Shown here: piece after piece, positions 48,238 through 62,439 of the stretch
Layout: each line of letters begins with the position of its first letter
How positions within the stretch are numbered: position 1 is the stretch's first letter
Assembly: GCA_010093815.1 (NCBI GenBank)
Contig: ML996568.1
Length of the DNA: 64,000 nucleotides
Strand: one strand, 5' to 3'
From: Pseudovirgaria hyperparasitica
Lineage: Eukaryota
The notes under the pieces: model-generated
What the model saw: only the letters and a program-made list of their open reading frames with translations
Told to the model about the DNA's origin: nothing
Database searches by the model: none
Program-made: the position numbers and the translations under genes

Positions 48238-49035
48238 ATGGCTCCGTCCAACATCGTGTCTTCTCCAAGTGCATCATCCTCCTCCTCAAGTCCGCGACCA
48301 ACACCGCACCCCAAGCCCAACCCAGTCCTCCGCATCCATCTAAACGACCTCTCCCAGAAAGGCACCGTCCTCTTCCTCTCCTCCCTCCCCGTCTCCCACG
48401 TCCTCGAAGATGCCGTCGCAACCGTACTCAGACACCTCTACTCGCCACATTCCACATCAGTTCCGCCCACCCGCAGCATAACCCTCATAATCCGTCCAAT
48501 GGACGGCGTAGCATACACAACTGGCCTCCAGATCGACGACGCGCACAAGGAAATCCACTTCAACACGCGGTACATAGAGCAGGTATCTTTGTCGCGTCTT
48601 GCGGAGGAGCTTACCGGCGTGATTGTGCATGAAATGGTGCATTGCTATCAACATAATGGTCTTGGTACTGCACCAGGAGGATTGATCGAGGGTATCGCGG
48701 ATTGGGTACGGCTGCAGGCAGGGCTGGCACCGCCGCATTGGAAGAAGGAGGCGGGAGGACGATGGGATGCCGGGTATCAGCATACAGGGTATTTTCTGGA
48801 TTATTTGGAACAGAGATTTGGGCGCGGGACAGTGATGAGGGTGAATGAGAGGTTGAAGGGCAGGAGGTATGAGGAGAAGGAGTTCTGGCAAGATGTTGTG
48901 GGCAAGAGTGTAAAGGACCTGTGGGCAGATTATCAGCAGAAGTTGGAAGACGACCTAGACGAACAGATCGATGCTAGTGTTCATTGGAGCAGCGCGCAAG
49001 AGCAGAAGAAAGCTACAAAATCATTCAATGCATAG
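48238..49035 (+). CDS. BSP (basic secretory protein / PBSP) family zinc metallopeptidase-like protein
   Basis: MDGVAYTTG..KEIHF, GVIVHEMVHCYQ (HExxH), APGGLIEGIADWVRL, WDAGYQHTGYFLDYLE. Intronless. Confidence 0.88.
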   Translation: MAPSNIVSSPSASSSSSSPRPTPHPKPNPVLRIHLNDLSQKGTVLFLSSLPVSHVLEDAVATVLRHLYSPHSTSVPPTRSITLIIRPMDGVAYTTGLQIDDAHKEIHFNTRYIEQVSLSRLAEELTGVIVHEMVHCYQHNGLGTAPGGLIEGIADWVRLQAGLAPPHWKKEAGGRWDAGYQHTGYFLDYLEQRFGRGTVMRVNERLKGRRYEEKEFWQDVVGKSVKDLWADYQQKLEDDLDEQIDASVHWSSAQEQKKATKSFNA

Positions 49036-49154
49036 GGTTATTACAGCCTTGAGTAACGTTCCTGGGGGCCCATTCCAGATTTTTAGAACAATCCTCGTAC
49101 CAGTCTCAAAGCAACTCCATTCCATACGCCTCAGATCGTCTCCTTGGGTGAATC

Positions 49155-49796
49155 CTATGGCTTACTCGTCTGCCCACCCCTTTGCACCCAGTCCATCCAG
49201 CTTCCTCTATACTCCCCCACCTTCTCATACCCACTCTGCCTCGCCAGCTGTGCCGCCGAACTACTTCGCACACCAGCCTTGCAATAGAACACCAACTCAT
49301 GCGCTGGACTCGGTTTCTGGAACCCAAACTTATCCTCAAATTCCTCAGGGTCCATGAAGATCGCGTCGGGCGCGGACTTGACTGGGATATTTATTGCGGT
49401 GGGGATGAAACCGTCGTCGTATTCGGCAGGCTCGCGGACATCTGTATACATTAGCGCCTTGGTACTGGAGTTCATTGATCCAAAGCATCTCTAGGCATAG
49501 TCGAGAAGAAGGAGGATTGTGGGCGGGGAGTGCATACCAATGAGCACACGATCCACACTCGGACTTTTGATCAATTCTTGCACAGCCTCGTAGTCATAAA
49601 CCTTGCTACTTCCACTAGAGCTCGAGTACCATCTCGGCTTATCGACTTGCTTGGATAGAGAAACCGTAACCCTGCTCACGCGTCGAGCTGGCGGTGCTTG
49701 TTGCGGCAGAGCATTTGGGTGGACGATGCATGGGCGGCGAGCAGCAGCTGAAGCTGCGCGAGGCAGAAAGCGGAGAGCAGATCTGGAGGTCGACAT
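49155..49796 (-). CDS. RDL2: Mitochondrial single-domain rhodanese (thiosulfate sulfurtransferase); 2 exons
   Basis: Arg/Ser-rich presequence, LI|DVREPAEY..IPTAINIP, active-site FYCKAGVRS, YRGSWMDW. Confidence 0.85.
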
Positions 49797-50634
49797 TCCT
49801 GGAGGCGAATGTTGATACTTGGGACGTGTGAAATCGTGGACTCGAACAATGGGGTAGTTGGACGAACTCAGACACTTGGGTGTGTTGCTGCTAGGGAGCT
49901 CTAGTTGCCGACGTCAGAGGAGGGACGTGCAGAGTATCCCTATTAATGGGTCTCAGATGCAATCCAACCAAAGAAATTTTATAAGCACGGTCATAATAAG
50001 AATATCGAAATTTGACGTGGGCAATTGCGTAGTTGATCTATACTTCGTGTACATACTGCAAACATCTGACGTCTTCTTTCTCCACTTCGGCATTGTAGCC
50101 TCAAGATGAGGCTATAACCCATGTATATATCAATCTGAAGGCACAGCCAGAGAGGACGAAAAGCAAAGACGCCGAAAGTAACAATGTCAAATGAATCACC
50201 AGACGGCGCCCGAGTGCCGAAGCATTGTCGCACATTAGGTAGAAACATCAGGTACCGCTCCAGTGGCTACGCCTCCTTCATCCTTCCGACTTGAATATAG
50301 ACAGCCAAAGCCATCCATTGAAGCATGGTGACATGATCACACCAAAACGAAACAAGAACCACAGTGGGATATATCGGCGCAAAAAGACTCAGATCAACAC
50401 TCCCGCATAGTCCAAAGGCAAACACAACCACAACCCGTGATGACCGTGATCGTTCTCTACGCCTCTCAGATAATATCGACAAAAAACAGGAAACAGCAAC
50501 AAAACTTTTTGCAAATTCGTTTCGCAAACGGGGTATTCGTTTTCAATAGACAGCCAGAAAGCCAAATGGGTATTCTTTTCATGCGCAAACGCGATGAGGT
50601 ATCATAGGTAATATATGTAAAAAAAAAAAATTCT

Positions 50635-53600
50635 TTAACGAGGAGGCCCAATGGGGCCCGGGTATCCTGATGCAGAATGAGAAGTACTGGGTCGTCCGCT
50701 ATCGACGGAAGCCCGTGGGTCGTATCGGGGCGTAAGTTCGCCAGATGTACTGGCGCCAAAAGGAAATTTAGATTCATAACGCACTGAAGTTGGAGTCGCC
50801 CATGCGTGCGATGGATGAGCGGGATCCTCGTCAGGGAGGTTTATACCACTATCGTTCCAAGGATTGCGGTAGCCACTTCCCTGGGATTCAATACTAATGA
50901 GTGATGCTTTGGAAGCATTGCTGGAAGCGTGTTTGAAGAGAGATCCTGGCGAATTGGATCCATTTTTGCGACGCTCAAGCATGGAAGAGAACGACCCAAT
51001 GCTACCAGGTTTACGTAGCTTGTCAAGAAATCCAGAGCGTTCGCCAACGTCGTCAGCGAAGTTCACACGGGTCGGGGAGTCTGTCGCCGTAAGATCCAGA
51101 CTCGAATTCGTCTTCTGGAGAAGCTTGGATTCGAAGAATGGAAGAGATTGCTCGAATGAATCAGACTTTGGTCGAGGAATGGCTCCCTTTATAGTCTCTG
51201 CATCCAAACCGTGAGTCACGAGCTTGGTGATCAAAAAGTCGATAGCATCTTTCAGCCCTCCGGCGTTGTTGCGGGTGTAGCACAGAGTCAAGGTCTCTTG
51301 ATCTTTCTCGTCGCTGCTGGAGCCATCGCGGCGTGGACCTAGCTGAACCTCGACAACGTACTGATCCTTGAGCATATTCTTTACGTCTTTCTCGAACTCG
51401 TCTGAGCGTAGGAACGACTTCAGATCCTGGTTTGCTGCAAAGGCAATGTCATGGCTTTCAGGGACCATACCCAAGAATTCGTCCACAGCTTGAGGCACCT
51501 GATATTCAGGTCCTGAGATAGTGATCATGTCGCTAGCTTGCTCAGTGCTTGGGAATGTGATCTTGCAATTCCATTTCTTCTCGAGCTCCTCAATCTCGCG
51601 CATACGAGCAATAAGCTCTCGATGATAAAGACGGTTGACAACGACATGCTCGGAAACAAATTCAGCATCGGACTTTTCAACCATATCCATGATCTCTTGT
51701 TTGACCAAATCGAGATTTTGAGCGTTGCGAGCTGGAGTTCGGCAGATGACATTATCGACCTTGATATCATCGTCTTCTTTACCAAGACCACCTCGATCCA
51801 TAGCATTTGAGAACTTGACAAACACTGAATACTTTTTCATGATACGTTGGATATGTTGACCACCGATGCCGATGATACGCTTGTGGTACTGGTCGGGGAC
51901 GTGGAAGGATATTGCGGCAGGCATTTCTTGCTCCACAAGCTCGAGACCACTCTTAGTAGCTTCGTAGAGCGACCCTCGAACAACAATGTAGAAATTGTAT
52001 TCATTCCAGCCATCGAAGACGATCTGTACCGAACTGTGGCTCATGATCTTGTTGATTTTACCATTTTTCTTGCCACTGACAAACTCTTTATGCTCGTTTG
52101 CAAGCTCGAGCTTGACAGACATGCTGTATTGGGATTTTCTCACGAACGGGATGTTGCTAATTACCATCATTGCTGCCTTGACAGCATCATCTGAGCCGAA
52201 GATATGGAAGTTGACCTTTTCGAAGCAGATCTCCGCGCCCGAGTTGATGCAAATGTCAGAAAGCATAGCTCGAACATCGCTAGGTGTTGGGGGCCTCTGG
52301 TTCGGATCGGGTTGAGTAATGAACCAGGTAGCGCTGTAGAATTGCCCAGCAAGTGCCATGACATCGCGAACAGTACGCTCAACGTTGAGTACATCAGTTC
52401 CTTGGACGCGCAGGGTTGCACCAGGGTGATTGCGATGGTCACCAAGTGGTGGGAGAATTACGCAGGAGCCGTTGGTCTCCATGATCTTCTTAATCTTATC
52501 CATGCGTTCAAGAATCAGGCTGTCAAGCTTGGACGGGGTAACAAGAACGCCCTTGGAATATACTTTCTGCTGGACGGTGAGATCATGGAGCATTTTCTTG
52601 GCTTTGAGAATTGCGGTGCTGTCTTCACTCGTGATGATAATCTGGTCATTTGGTCGACGCTGCGAATCAATGGGTGTGTAGCCATAAACGTGCGGGAACG
52701 GGGGAGGGAAGTAGATGGCAGTGTTAGTTGCTGACTCAATTAGTTTGATATTCTTCTTGGCGCGGCCTGAGATCAGAGGGTGCATGGAAAGCTCAAGTCT
52801 CATCATGTCCACGGAGCGGTGAAGCTGATAATCTGTGAGTTACTGGCAACGATACTCTTGGAAGGATTTAGACTTACGATTTGATCAAGCAAGATAAGTA
52901 TCCGAGTTTTCGCATGTTCAGCCGTTTCATAGTCGCCGTAGATGTGGCATCTCAAACGGTTGTCTAGCTTCGTATCAATGATGCTGCCGTTGAAACTTGC
53001 TGCTTCGTCTAATTGCTTAGGATGCAATAAGAAAATATCCGCCTTTAGGGCATTGGCGACTCCGTCAACATGGCTGCGTATGCTGTCCTTTAGATCGTTT
53101 GTCTCATAATCCATGATCATGTCAAAGTCAATATCGATAGTTGAGCATTGCTACGCATGTGATTAGATGCCTTGTATCGACCACTGGGATAGCATTCATG
53201 GCTCGAGGACAGGACTTACCAGCGAGATTGGAGTTTGAGTCATGATCCGTCCACGAATACTCTGGGCGAGTTCAACCTCAGCAGAGATGCAGACATTGGT
53301 AATTGACGTCCTGAGCGGCCCGCGCTGAAAACCAGGCAGGGGTTTCGGCTCAGAAGATAGCACAGTAGCTTGAATCCGGCCGTCACTGCTATCGGCAATC
53401 TCTTTGCACAACGACCTCAACGCGTCGATATTCTCGATATGCACAGGCAGCCTATGATTCGGGGTATCCTCTGGCGTGCCCTCGGGATGCGTCCAGCGCC
53501 TAAAAGCACCAGGACTTGAATATATTATGTCGTCCGGTTCCGGTCCGGCGAGATTCGAATTGAAGGGAACGTTGAAGGACAAAGTGACGGGAGTGCCAGG

Positions 53601-53759
53601 CGAGACAGCAGGAGAGACAGGAGGAGCGTTCGGTGTCTTTCGGGGGTTGGTTGATGTGAGATCGCCCTGGGATCGAGACATCATGCTGCCAAAGCCCATA
53701 GTGGGCATACGATCCCAGCCGTGCCTGGCACTGCCTGTGATATTGTGAATCTTGTGCAT
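50635..53759 (-). CDS. Multi-KH-domain RNA-binding protein (Mug60/YLL032C/Bicaudal-C-like family); 3 exons
   Basis: KH GxxG loops (HKEFVSGKKNGKINKIM; YHKRIIGIGGQHIQRIMKKYSVFVKFSN), ISGR..KNIKLIESATNTAIYFPPPFP, DNVICRTPARNAQNL. Splice sites link the three ORF fragments. Confidence 0.88.
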
Positions 53760-56055
53760 GGCTGGTCAAAGAGGAGCCCGATCTGGAAGACAGAAGGGCA
53801 GAAGTGAAGGTAACAACAAGAGGACGAGACGAAGGAAGGAAGAGAAGGTGGTGGCAGAGGGTCGTGGAGGTGCGAAAAAGGATGCAGGCGAGGCTGCAGT
53901 GATCCGTAGCAGGTGAGGGCGTGAGGGCGTGGGAGAGAACGGTTTGGAACGAAGAAGACCTGAGAGTGAGGTCAATCCTGGATAGTCAGCAAAGCCGGGA
54001 CCGAACAACGAATAGGAAGCAAGCGGCGGGGGCTTTTTAGTGGCTTGTAGAGCTTGTAGAGAGCCTGGAGGCCTGGAGCTGTGTGAGGCCTGGACGAACG
54101 ACGAATCGCGGGCAGCGATGGGACAAAACAACAAACGACTATTACACCACACACCGCACCCCTTACTCCTTACTCCTCACTCCTTACAGATACAGATGGA
54201 TAATTCTTAGGGATTATTATGGGCCGGAGATGGCCTAAGAGTTAAGACAACATACTACCTACTCTCAGACAAGGAGTCAAGGCCAGACGCCAGCCAGCGC
54301 ACATGGATGCAGTGCAAGGTTGGCCTGTTCTACGCTCCCGTGCTCTGTGCTCTCTTTGCTTTCCTCTCTAGCTATATTAATCCTCACTACTACTCGGGCT
54401 GTTCTTCGCTAGTCACAAAGGAAGTTCGAACTCTCTGCTCTGGCGGCTTTCAACTTGATCAGCCACTGGCTCTGGCTTTGTTTGTGCGCGTCGGGAGGGA
54501 ATGGATGCACTTTCATTGGCGCCGTCTTCCAGCTGCACACCCACCTGTATGTAGGTAACAGTAACAACAGTTTTCCTGTTCTTGTGCCTGCAGTGGGGCC
54601 AAGCCGCAGCTGTCTTATCAAATCACCGGGCATTGTCGCCGTGTTCGCGTTGGCGTCGTGGACGGTCGCGGTCGGGTCGGACGTTCGAGTGGAGGTCTTG
54701 CACGTCAAACGCGATATTCTAGATGACTATCATGATAATGCGGGGTATCCAGAATCCATTATCTAGAATAGTGTACCACGAAATGTACATTTCACCACCG
54801 GCTTTGCTTGAGGGTTGGTAGAAGTGGGTAGAGCTTGGGTAGCGATAAGCGATGCACGATGTATGATGCCTCAGGCTAGACAAATGGGACCCGGATGCCG
54901 GTCAGATTTCTGTGCTTGTGGCTGATCGCTTAATTATGGCTTATGGCTTGATAAGACGGGGGTTAAGTAAGATGGTGTTACTGTGGGAGGCCACCTCGTA
55001 TCGTGACCCATTTTATTCAAAGGCTTGAGTTCATAGCATGTAATTACCAGTTCTTTTTCTTTAATCATAAGGCAGACACAGACTGCTATGAGCCCATGCT
55101 ACACTCAAATGATATGGCGATCAACAGATAGACAGCAACCCCGTCACCACATAGGTCTTCTTTGTCAGCCCAGCAGCATCAGCCCAAAAGTCGTGACGAC
55201 GCAAGCTCCACAATGCTGGGCAAGCCGTGACTTTTGCGGAAAGGCGTGAAAAACACAGCCAAACAATCCGCGGCTGTGCCTATGGTGAAACGCCGTGACA
55301 GCAAGAAGCATGAGGTATCAGCTAACATAATCACCGAAAGTAAACTGTTCCATGGCTGATGGCCTCATGGCCTCCTCCACAGCGGCCAACACCACCGATA
55401 ATGAACTCCAGCTGCCCTATCAATGGTATCATCCACCATCGCTAGTTTCACGCGCGTTCACACCAGCTGCAACAGGCAACACGCAAGCCTCTCTCTCCTT
55501 GCTCATCCAATACTCTGCCCTTGAGACGATTTCCCTGTATAGCAATGATCCGCTCTCTCCTGCGTGCTGCAGACGCTCGCGTCCATGGATCATAATTCTA
55601 GATTTATTTCAACCCCTCTTTCCAGCTGCACTGCTGTAGATGAGCGTGGCGGCGGAGACAAAAAGCAAGGTAGTGTCAATCATGCCCTTGGAACGGCGCT
55701 CTTATCTCGTGAACCAGCAAAGGAAGAAGAAATCACCGGGTGACGTATGCCTATTGAACTAAGACACTTATACACGTGCTCTATCGTGTTGGGATGATGA
55801 CTGTTGCAAGGATGCAAAACCTCGACCTTTGCCGAGTATCCTGAGTGCCGGTACCGGAATCGCGGGCAAACGCCACTCAACATACCTTGTTGTTCTAAAT
55901 GCCTTGCTTTCACACAATTGGCTGCATGTTTGGTAACGTCAAATGGACTGCTATATCCCGACTTGTCGGACAATATATAAAGAGCGGACTCCGCGGCTGT
56001 TGGCACAGCTAGCTAAAAATAAATATACAAACATAGTACAATTCTCGACCAATTG

Positions 56056-58524
56056 TTAGCGGTAAACCACTCTTCTCGAAGGCTCCCCATACAGGTCTTC
56101 CTCACCCTCATCCACGTATCTTCGCTGAGAGGTAGGCGCTTGATACGTAATGTGCCGTACACCTTCTTCGTGATGTCTAGATTCCCTCATCACACTGACC
56201 TCTCTATATCCTTGTGCCACAGATGCTCCTCGTCCTGGAAAATCTCTACCTGGGGCGATTGACTGGTGCCTCGTCACATACTCCACGCCGGGCTCACGAT
56301 GAACTACTTCAGGGCGCATGCTGTATGCACGACTTACATAAGCCTGTGGCGGAGGCGGCATGTCTTCATACATAGCAATAGGTTGGCGACTCGGGTCATC
56401 ACGAGCCGTCGAAAATTCGCGGACACGGTATTGCCTTTCAGGTTCAGCGTGCTCAATGTACCTACGTACCGGTGGAGGCATTCGCACAACCTCTTCGTCA
56501 TCATATGTATCCACAGGTCTTACTGACGCGCGTAGCATTGGTTCCCTAGTAGAGCTGCGTTCTACTACGCGTGAACGTTCCGGTAGTGCAGCGTAGTATT
56601 TATTGCCGTACTCATCCACGATGAAAGGTCTTGGAGCTGGTGCAGGAGGTGGGCGCATAGCTCCTGCGTAAGCATCCTCAACATATATTGGCGACCTGGA
56701 TCGGTCGCGGATATACTGTGAAGGGGTTGGGCGCGTGGAAGCCGTACGGTACACTGGCTGTAGGGATGGCTCTACGAATGCGTGTGAGACTGCTCGTGAA
56801 GATCTTCCATCTGCAGGAGGGGATTGCCGGCGAGCATACTGTAGACTAGCGACTCGCCTCAGGTCTTGATCGTCCCTTTCCAAGATTCGTCTGTGACTGG
56901 AAGTCGAAGGCACTCTAGCGACAGTCTGAATTGGTGTAGTGGGTTCGTCGACTTCATAGGCACGCTGAGCTTGTCTCGATTCAACATCCCGGTAATAAAC
57001 AGGTCGTACCAACTCCCTTGGTTGAATGATCTCGAGGTCGCTGGGATATTCATGCAGTCGTCGCCGCAACGGCTGCGGATCCGAGAGCCTGGCGATTGGT
57101 GGTGGTGAGACGGGTTCTTCTTTAATGACTGGCTCAAGGACTGGAGGCGAGCGCGCGACTCTCTTTCCAGAATTCCGTCGCTTCTCTGCCTGTTTCTCTG
57201 CTTGTTCCTCTCTCCTTCGTTTTCGGGGATTTTGGATGCCGTTCTTGGGTACATTGGGGCTCTGTTGACCTGTGTTACGAGGCGACTTAAAATTACCGTT
57301 TCCCTGTTTGTTCTGCCGGCTCGGGCCTCCATTTTCATGACCAGCCGGTGAGCCAGGTCGACTCTTATTCTGTTGCCCATGTTGGTTATTGCGGTTCCGA
57401 GTCCCGCGCGGTTGTTTTGCCGTGGCCAGGGGGGAGATACGAGAAGGCTGCGGGGCGATAGGAGATGTGATCTGATTCCTGAACACAGGTACTGGCTCTG
57501 GTGTTCGGCTGCGCCTTGCATTGCGGGCCTGTTTGCAATTGGTTAGATTGACCTCATACACTGAGTTGATGATACTCACAGACGTATTTACAGGTATGCT
57601 TGGGACATGACCATTTGGAGCGCGTGATGAGTTCAAGTCTGCTGGTGGAGGTGAGTAATCATCATCTTCACTGTGATGAGCACCAGATAGTTCTGGTTCA
57701 TACTCAGGCTCTATCATCTCCAGGTCAGCTGTTGGCTCGTATTCATCGTCGTCATCCGGATCAATGTCTTCAGCCTGAGTATCAGGCATACCTCGCTGAG
57801 TCTCTTCAACGATCAGTCCGGCTTTGCCTTTAGTAGCAATTGACTGTATGGTATGATCATCCTTCCAACCACTAGCGGCCTGTTCGTCTGTAGACCAGCT
57901 ATTTGCTTTACTTGAGTAGTAAGAATCCTCATCGAACGAATCACTGGGTTCTGGATCATCGAAGCCTGACACGGGCTCGACCAGTGCAAGAGCTTTGGCC
58001 AAGATTTCGTCAACGTCAAAACGTATCTCAGAATCATAAGGAAAGTCTTTGTCGCGTGGCAATCCTTTCTTCGCATCATATAGGTCTTTGAGCGATCGTT
58101 CTATTCTTTGGCGTCTTAATTGTGTTTCTGCTCTCACCAGATCATCAGACTTTGTCAAGAAAATTGGATCAAGTTCCGACAGTTGACGTTTCGCCGAAGG
58201 GATAGGAGGCGGTACTAATGCCTTCTCCGTGGAGTAGGGCGGGAACAAGATTGCAGCTGGGTCTTGAGATGTGGGTGAGCGCGTTGTATAGATCGACACG
58301 TTAGTGTCTCCATTAGCTACTGGAACAGACGTTGATGGCACATTCTGCACTGTGTGTTGCATCAATCGCGCAACTACAGATTCAGGTAACCTGATGCGCG
58401 AGTGTCTGCCTGTATAGACCTCCTGTTGTAATATAGAAAGCTTTTCGTAGAAGTCAGCGTATTGCTGCAGACCAGGTGAAGGCATCGAGTGGCCGTTAAT
58501 CAACGGCGAGTCTGTCGAAGCCAT
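56056..58524 (-). CDS. Conserved-hypothetical, largely disordered fungal protein; probable 51-nt in-frame intron at 57529-57579
   Basis: About 820 codons from ATG 58524. Ordered islands LDPIFLTKSDDLVRAETQLRRQRIERSL, DSFDEDSYYSSKANSW, SPIAPQPSRISPLA, IKEEPVSPP, DLRRVASLQYARR, IVDEYGNKYYA. Function unknown. Confidence 0.8.
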   Translation of the reverse strand: MASTDSPLINGHSMPSPGLQQYADFYEKLSILQQEVYTGRHSRIRLPESVVARLMQHTVQNVPSTSVPVANGDTNVSIYTTRSPTSQDPAAILFPPYSTEKALVPPPIPSAKRQLSELDPIFLTKSDDLVRAETQLRRQRIERSLKDLYDAKKGLPRDKDFPYDSEIRFDVDEILAKALALVEPVSGFDDPEPSDSFDEDSYYSSKANSWSTDEQAASGWKDDHTIQSIATKGKAGLIVEETQRGMPDTQAEDIDPDDDDEYEPTADLEMIEPEYEPELSGAHHSEDDDYSPPPADLNSSRAPNGHVPSIPVNTSVSIINSVYEVNLTNCKQARNARRSRTPEPVPVFRNQITSPIAPQPSRISPLATAKQPRGTRNRNNQHGQQNKSRPGSPAGHENGGPSRQNKQGNGNFKSPRNTGQQSPNVPKNGIQNPRKRRREEQAEKQAEKRRNSGKRVARSPPVLEPVIKEEPVSPPPIARLSDPQPLRRRLHEYPSDLEIIQPRELVRPVYYRDVESRQAQRAYEVDEPTTPIQTVARVPSTSSHRRILERDDQDLRRVASLQYARRQSPPADGRSSRAVSHAFVEPSLQPVYRTASTRPTPSQYIRDRSRSPIYVEDAYAGAMRPPPAPAPRPFIVDEYGNKYYAALPERSRVVERSSTREPMLRASVRPVDTYDDEEVVRMPPPVRRYIEHAEPERQYRVREFSTARDDPSRQPIAMYEDMPPPPQAYVSRAYSMRPEVVHREPGVEYVTRHQSIAPGRDFPGRGASVAQGYREVSVMRESRHHEEGVRHITYQAPTSQRRYVDEGEEDLYGEPSRRVVYR

Positions 58525-58969
58525 TTCCTGGCTTTGAGTCTGGAGCGTCTCTGGCTCTGCCACACTGGACTGTGGTGTGATGCGCACTTCTCTACTGTGT
58601 GATATTATGCTGACAGCTTTGAGATGGGCACAGCATGACTCCGAGACAGTCAACGAAGAGCAAGGTCGGAATGAACGAACACTGTGGTTATGAAGTGAAG
58701 GAGACGCAGGTGTTGAAGTTTGCGATAATGAGATTGAAATTGAGGAGGCCGGGAGCACCTTGCCGAACGCGCAACCCGAAAACAGCTAGCTGCGCGTTGG
58801 CCGCGGGAACCTGCATCATTGGGCGACCGTGACTTTCTTTGTATGAAAGTTAGTGATTCATCTCTATGGGATTTGGTAAATGAAATTTGGAAACAAGACT
58901 CATTAAATTCTGACATACCTGATTTCTAAGAATTCAGAGTTGACCTCTCAAATATAGAGCATTCCAATT

Positions 58970-59786
58970 ATGGCCAGCCTAGCTCATAGACCAGTTCTAT
59001 TCTTTGATATAGACAATTGTGTATGTTCTATCGCCCCGGTCAATCTCCGATCTGTCAGCTCCCTCCTGTATTGATGCCGTCTGACAACATATAGCTATAT
59101 CCAAAGTCAACCCAAGTTCACAGGCTAATGTCAGATCTCATTGACGCATACTTCGAAACGCACCTCTCGCTGTCTCAAGCAGATGCCAACCAACTACACA
59201 TGCGATACTATAAAGAATACGGTCTTGCCATCGAAGGACTTGTCCGCCACCACAAGGTCGACCCTCTTGATTACAACACCAAAGTTGATGATGCACTGCC
59301 CCTCGAGGGTGTGATCAGACCAAACCCGAAGCTCCGAAAAATGCTCCAAGACTTGGATACGACCAAAGTCAAGCCATGGTTACTGACGAATGCGTACATA
59401 AGTCACGGGAAGCGAGTTGTCGAACTACTCGAGGTTGACGATATGTTCGAGGGCATTACGTTCTGCGACTACGGCGCCGAGAAGTTTGTTTGTAAGCCAG
59501 CCAGAGAGATGTACGAGAAGGCGATGAGGGAAGCAGGCGTCAAGGATACTGGGAACTGCTTCTTTGTTGGTAAGTCTTCGCTCTATTTCTAGTTCACTCG
59601 AGCTGTTAGCCTGACCTGATAGATGACTCTTTCATCAATTGTAAAGCGGCAAAGGAGCTTGGCTGGACTGCTGCGCACCTGATCGATTCGACGGAGCCAG
59701 AACCCACGACCAGAGCCTCACAGTATCAAATCAATGATCTTGAGGAGTTGCGAGACATATACCCGCAGTTCTTCAAATCGGCATAG
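58970..59786 (+). CDS. SDT1: Pyrimidine 5'-nucleotidase, HAD family; exons 58970-59020, 59095-59569, 59623-59786
   Basis: HAD motif I FFDIDNC|LY, YYKEYGLAIEGLVRHH, VDDALPL, WLLTNAY, CKP, FV|DDS. Canonical introns. Confidence 0.92.
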
Positions 59787-60024
59787 TATTCCTATATAGT
59801 CCATCTAAGGCTAAAGCTTCACGAGAACGGGCGCACGCCGTAGCATCGACGATACCCAATAAGTATAGGGAGTTAATGGCTTATCCTACATATCATGATT
59901 GGCAATCTTGATATTCCAGGTTGGATAGCGATTGTTTTGTGCCAGATGTGCCAGATCGCCCAGCCCAATAGACTGTGATCCTGTTTTACATGCGAGTACA
60001 CCAAACACCAGATATAAGAAGTAT

Positions 60025-61630
<1,606 letters not shown>

Positions 61631-62439
61631 TGCGGCGAATCCGAGACCGGCACAGAAGTATGTACGAGCAGAATGTGTTGCTAGATGTGATGCGATAGCG
61701 TCGAGTAAGGTAGTGGTGCAGTTGCGTAGAGCAGAGCGCGATTGCTTTGAGGCCGAATACGTTAGTGTTTTCGACTGGGTCAGGTCGCGATCGGATCAGA
61801 TTCCCAGAAAGCTCAGCCAGAACGCGCTAGTCGGAGAACAGCAACCAAATGCTTCTTCGCTAGCTTGGACTGACCACCTAGCTATTATTATCATTGTATA
61901 TTAGCCTTACCTTATGCCAACTCACAGTGAAAGAGAAAAACTTCACTCGAAAGCTCCCACTCATATTCATCCATTGCTTATGAGAGCTAAATCACGTTCT
62001 AGGCGTCAAAATATCCACTATCAAAACAATCGCGCATTCTGAAACGCAGTCAACAAGTCCATGTTATTTCTGCATTGTTACTCGCTAATATACAACTCAG
62101 GCATTCGTGCTATCCCTCACACCAACCTCGCCATGCAAAGACAGCCTGCTCGCATGCTTGTTAGCGACCTTTAAGACCGAATCGCATGCCCGATACCACC
62201 ACCCAAGGTATGTATCGCTGAGGAAACATGGCAGAAGGAGAGAACAATTGAGTCGGAGTATGAAAGAGCTACGTCTCGTTCGCTATCCGACGATTCCGAT
62301 GCTGTCGTCGATAAATCTATTCACAAGAATGATGAGGATCGTTATGTTGGTACATGACAGTGCAGCCGAAGAAGCCTCCAAATTTTGCAGTGCATGGAAA
62401 AAGCTAGGCATACTACTGTATAAGGCAGAAAGGGGGAAT

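Noticed and set aside
55794..55843. ATGATGA...CTGA box C/D-like pair
   Set aside because: Only ~50 nt, with no clear terminal stem or recognisable rRNA-complementary guide.
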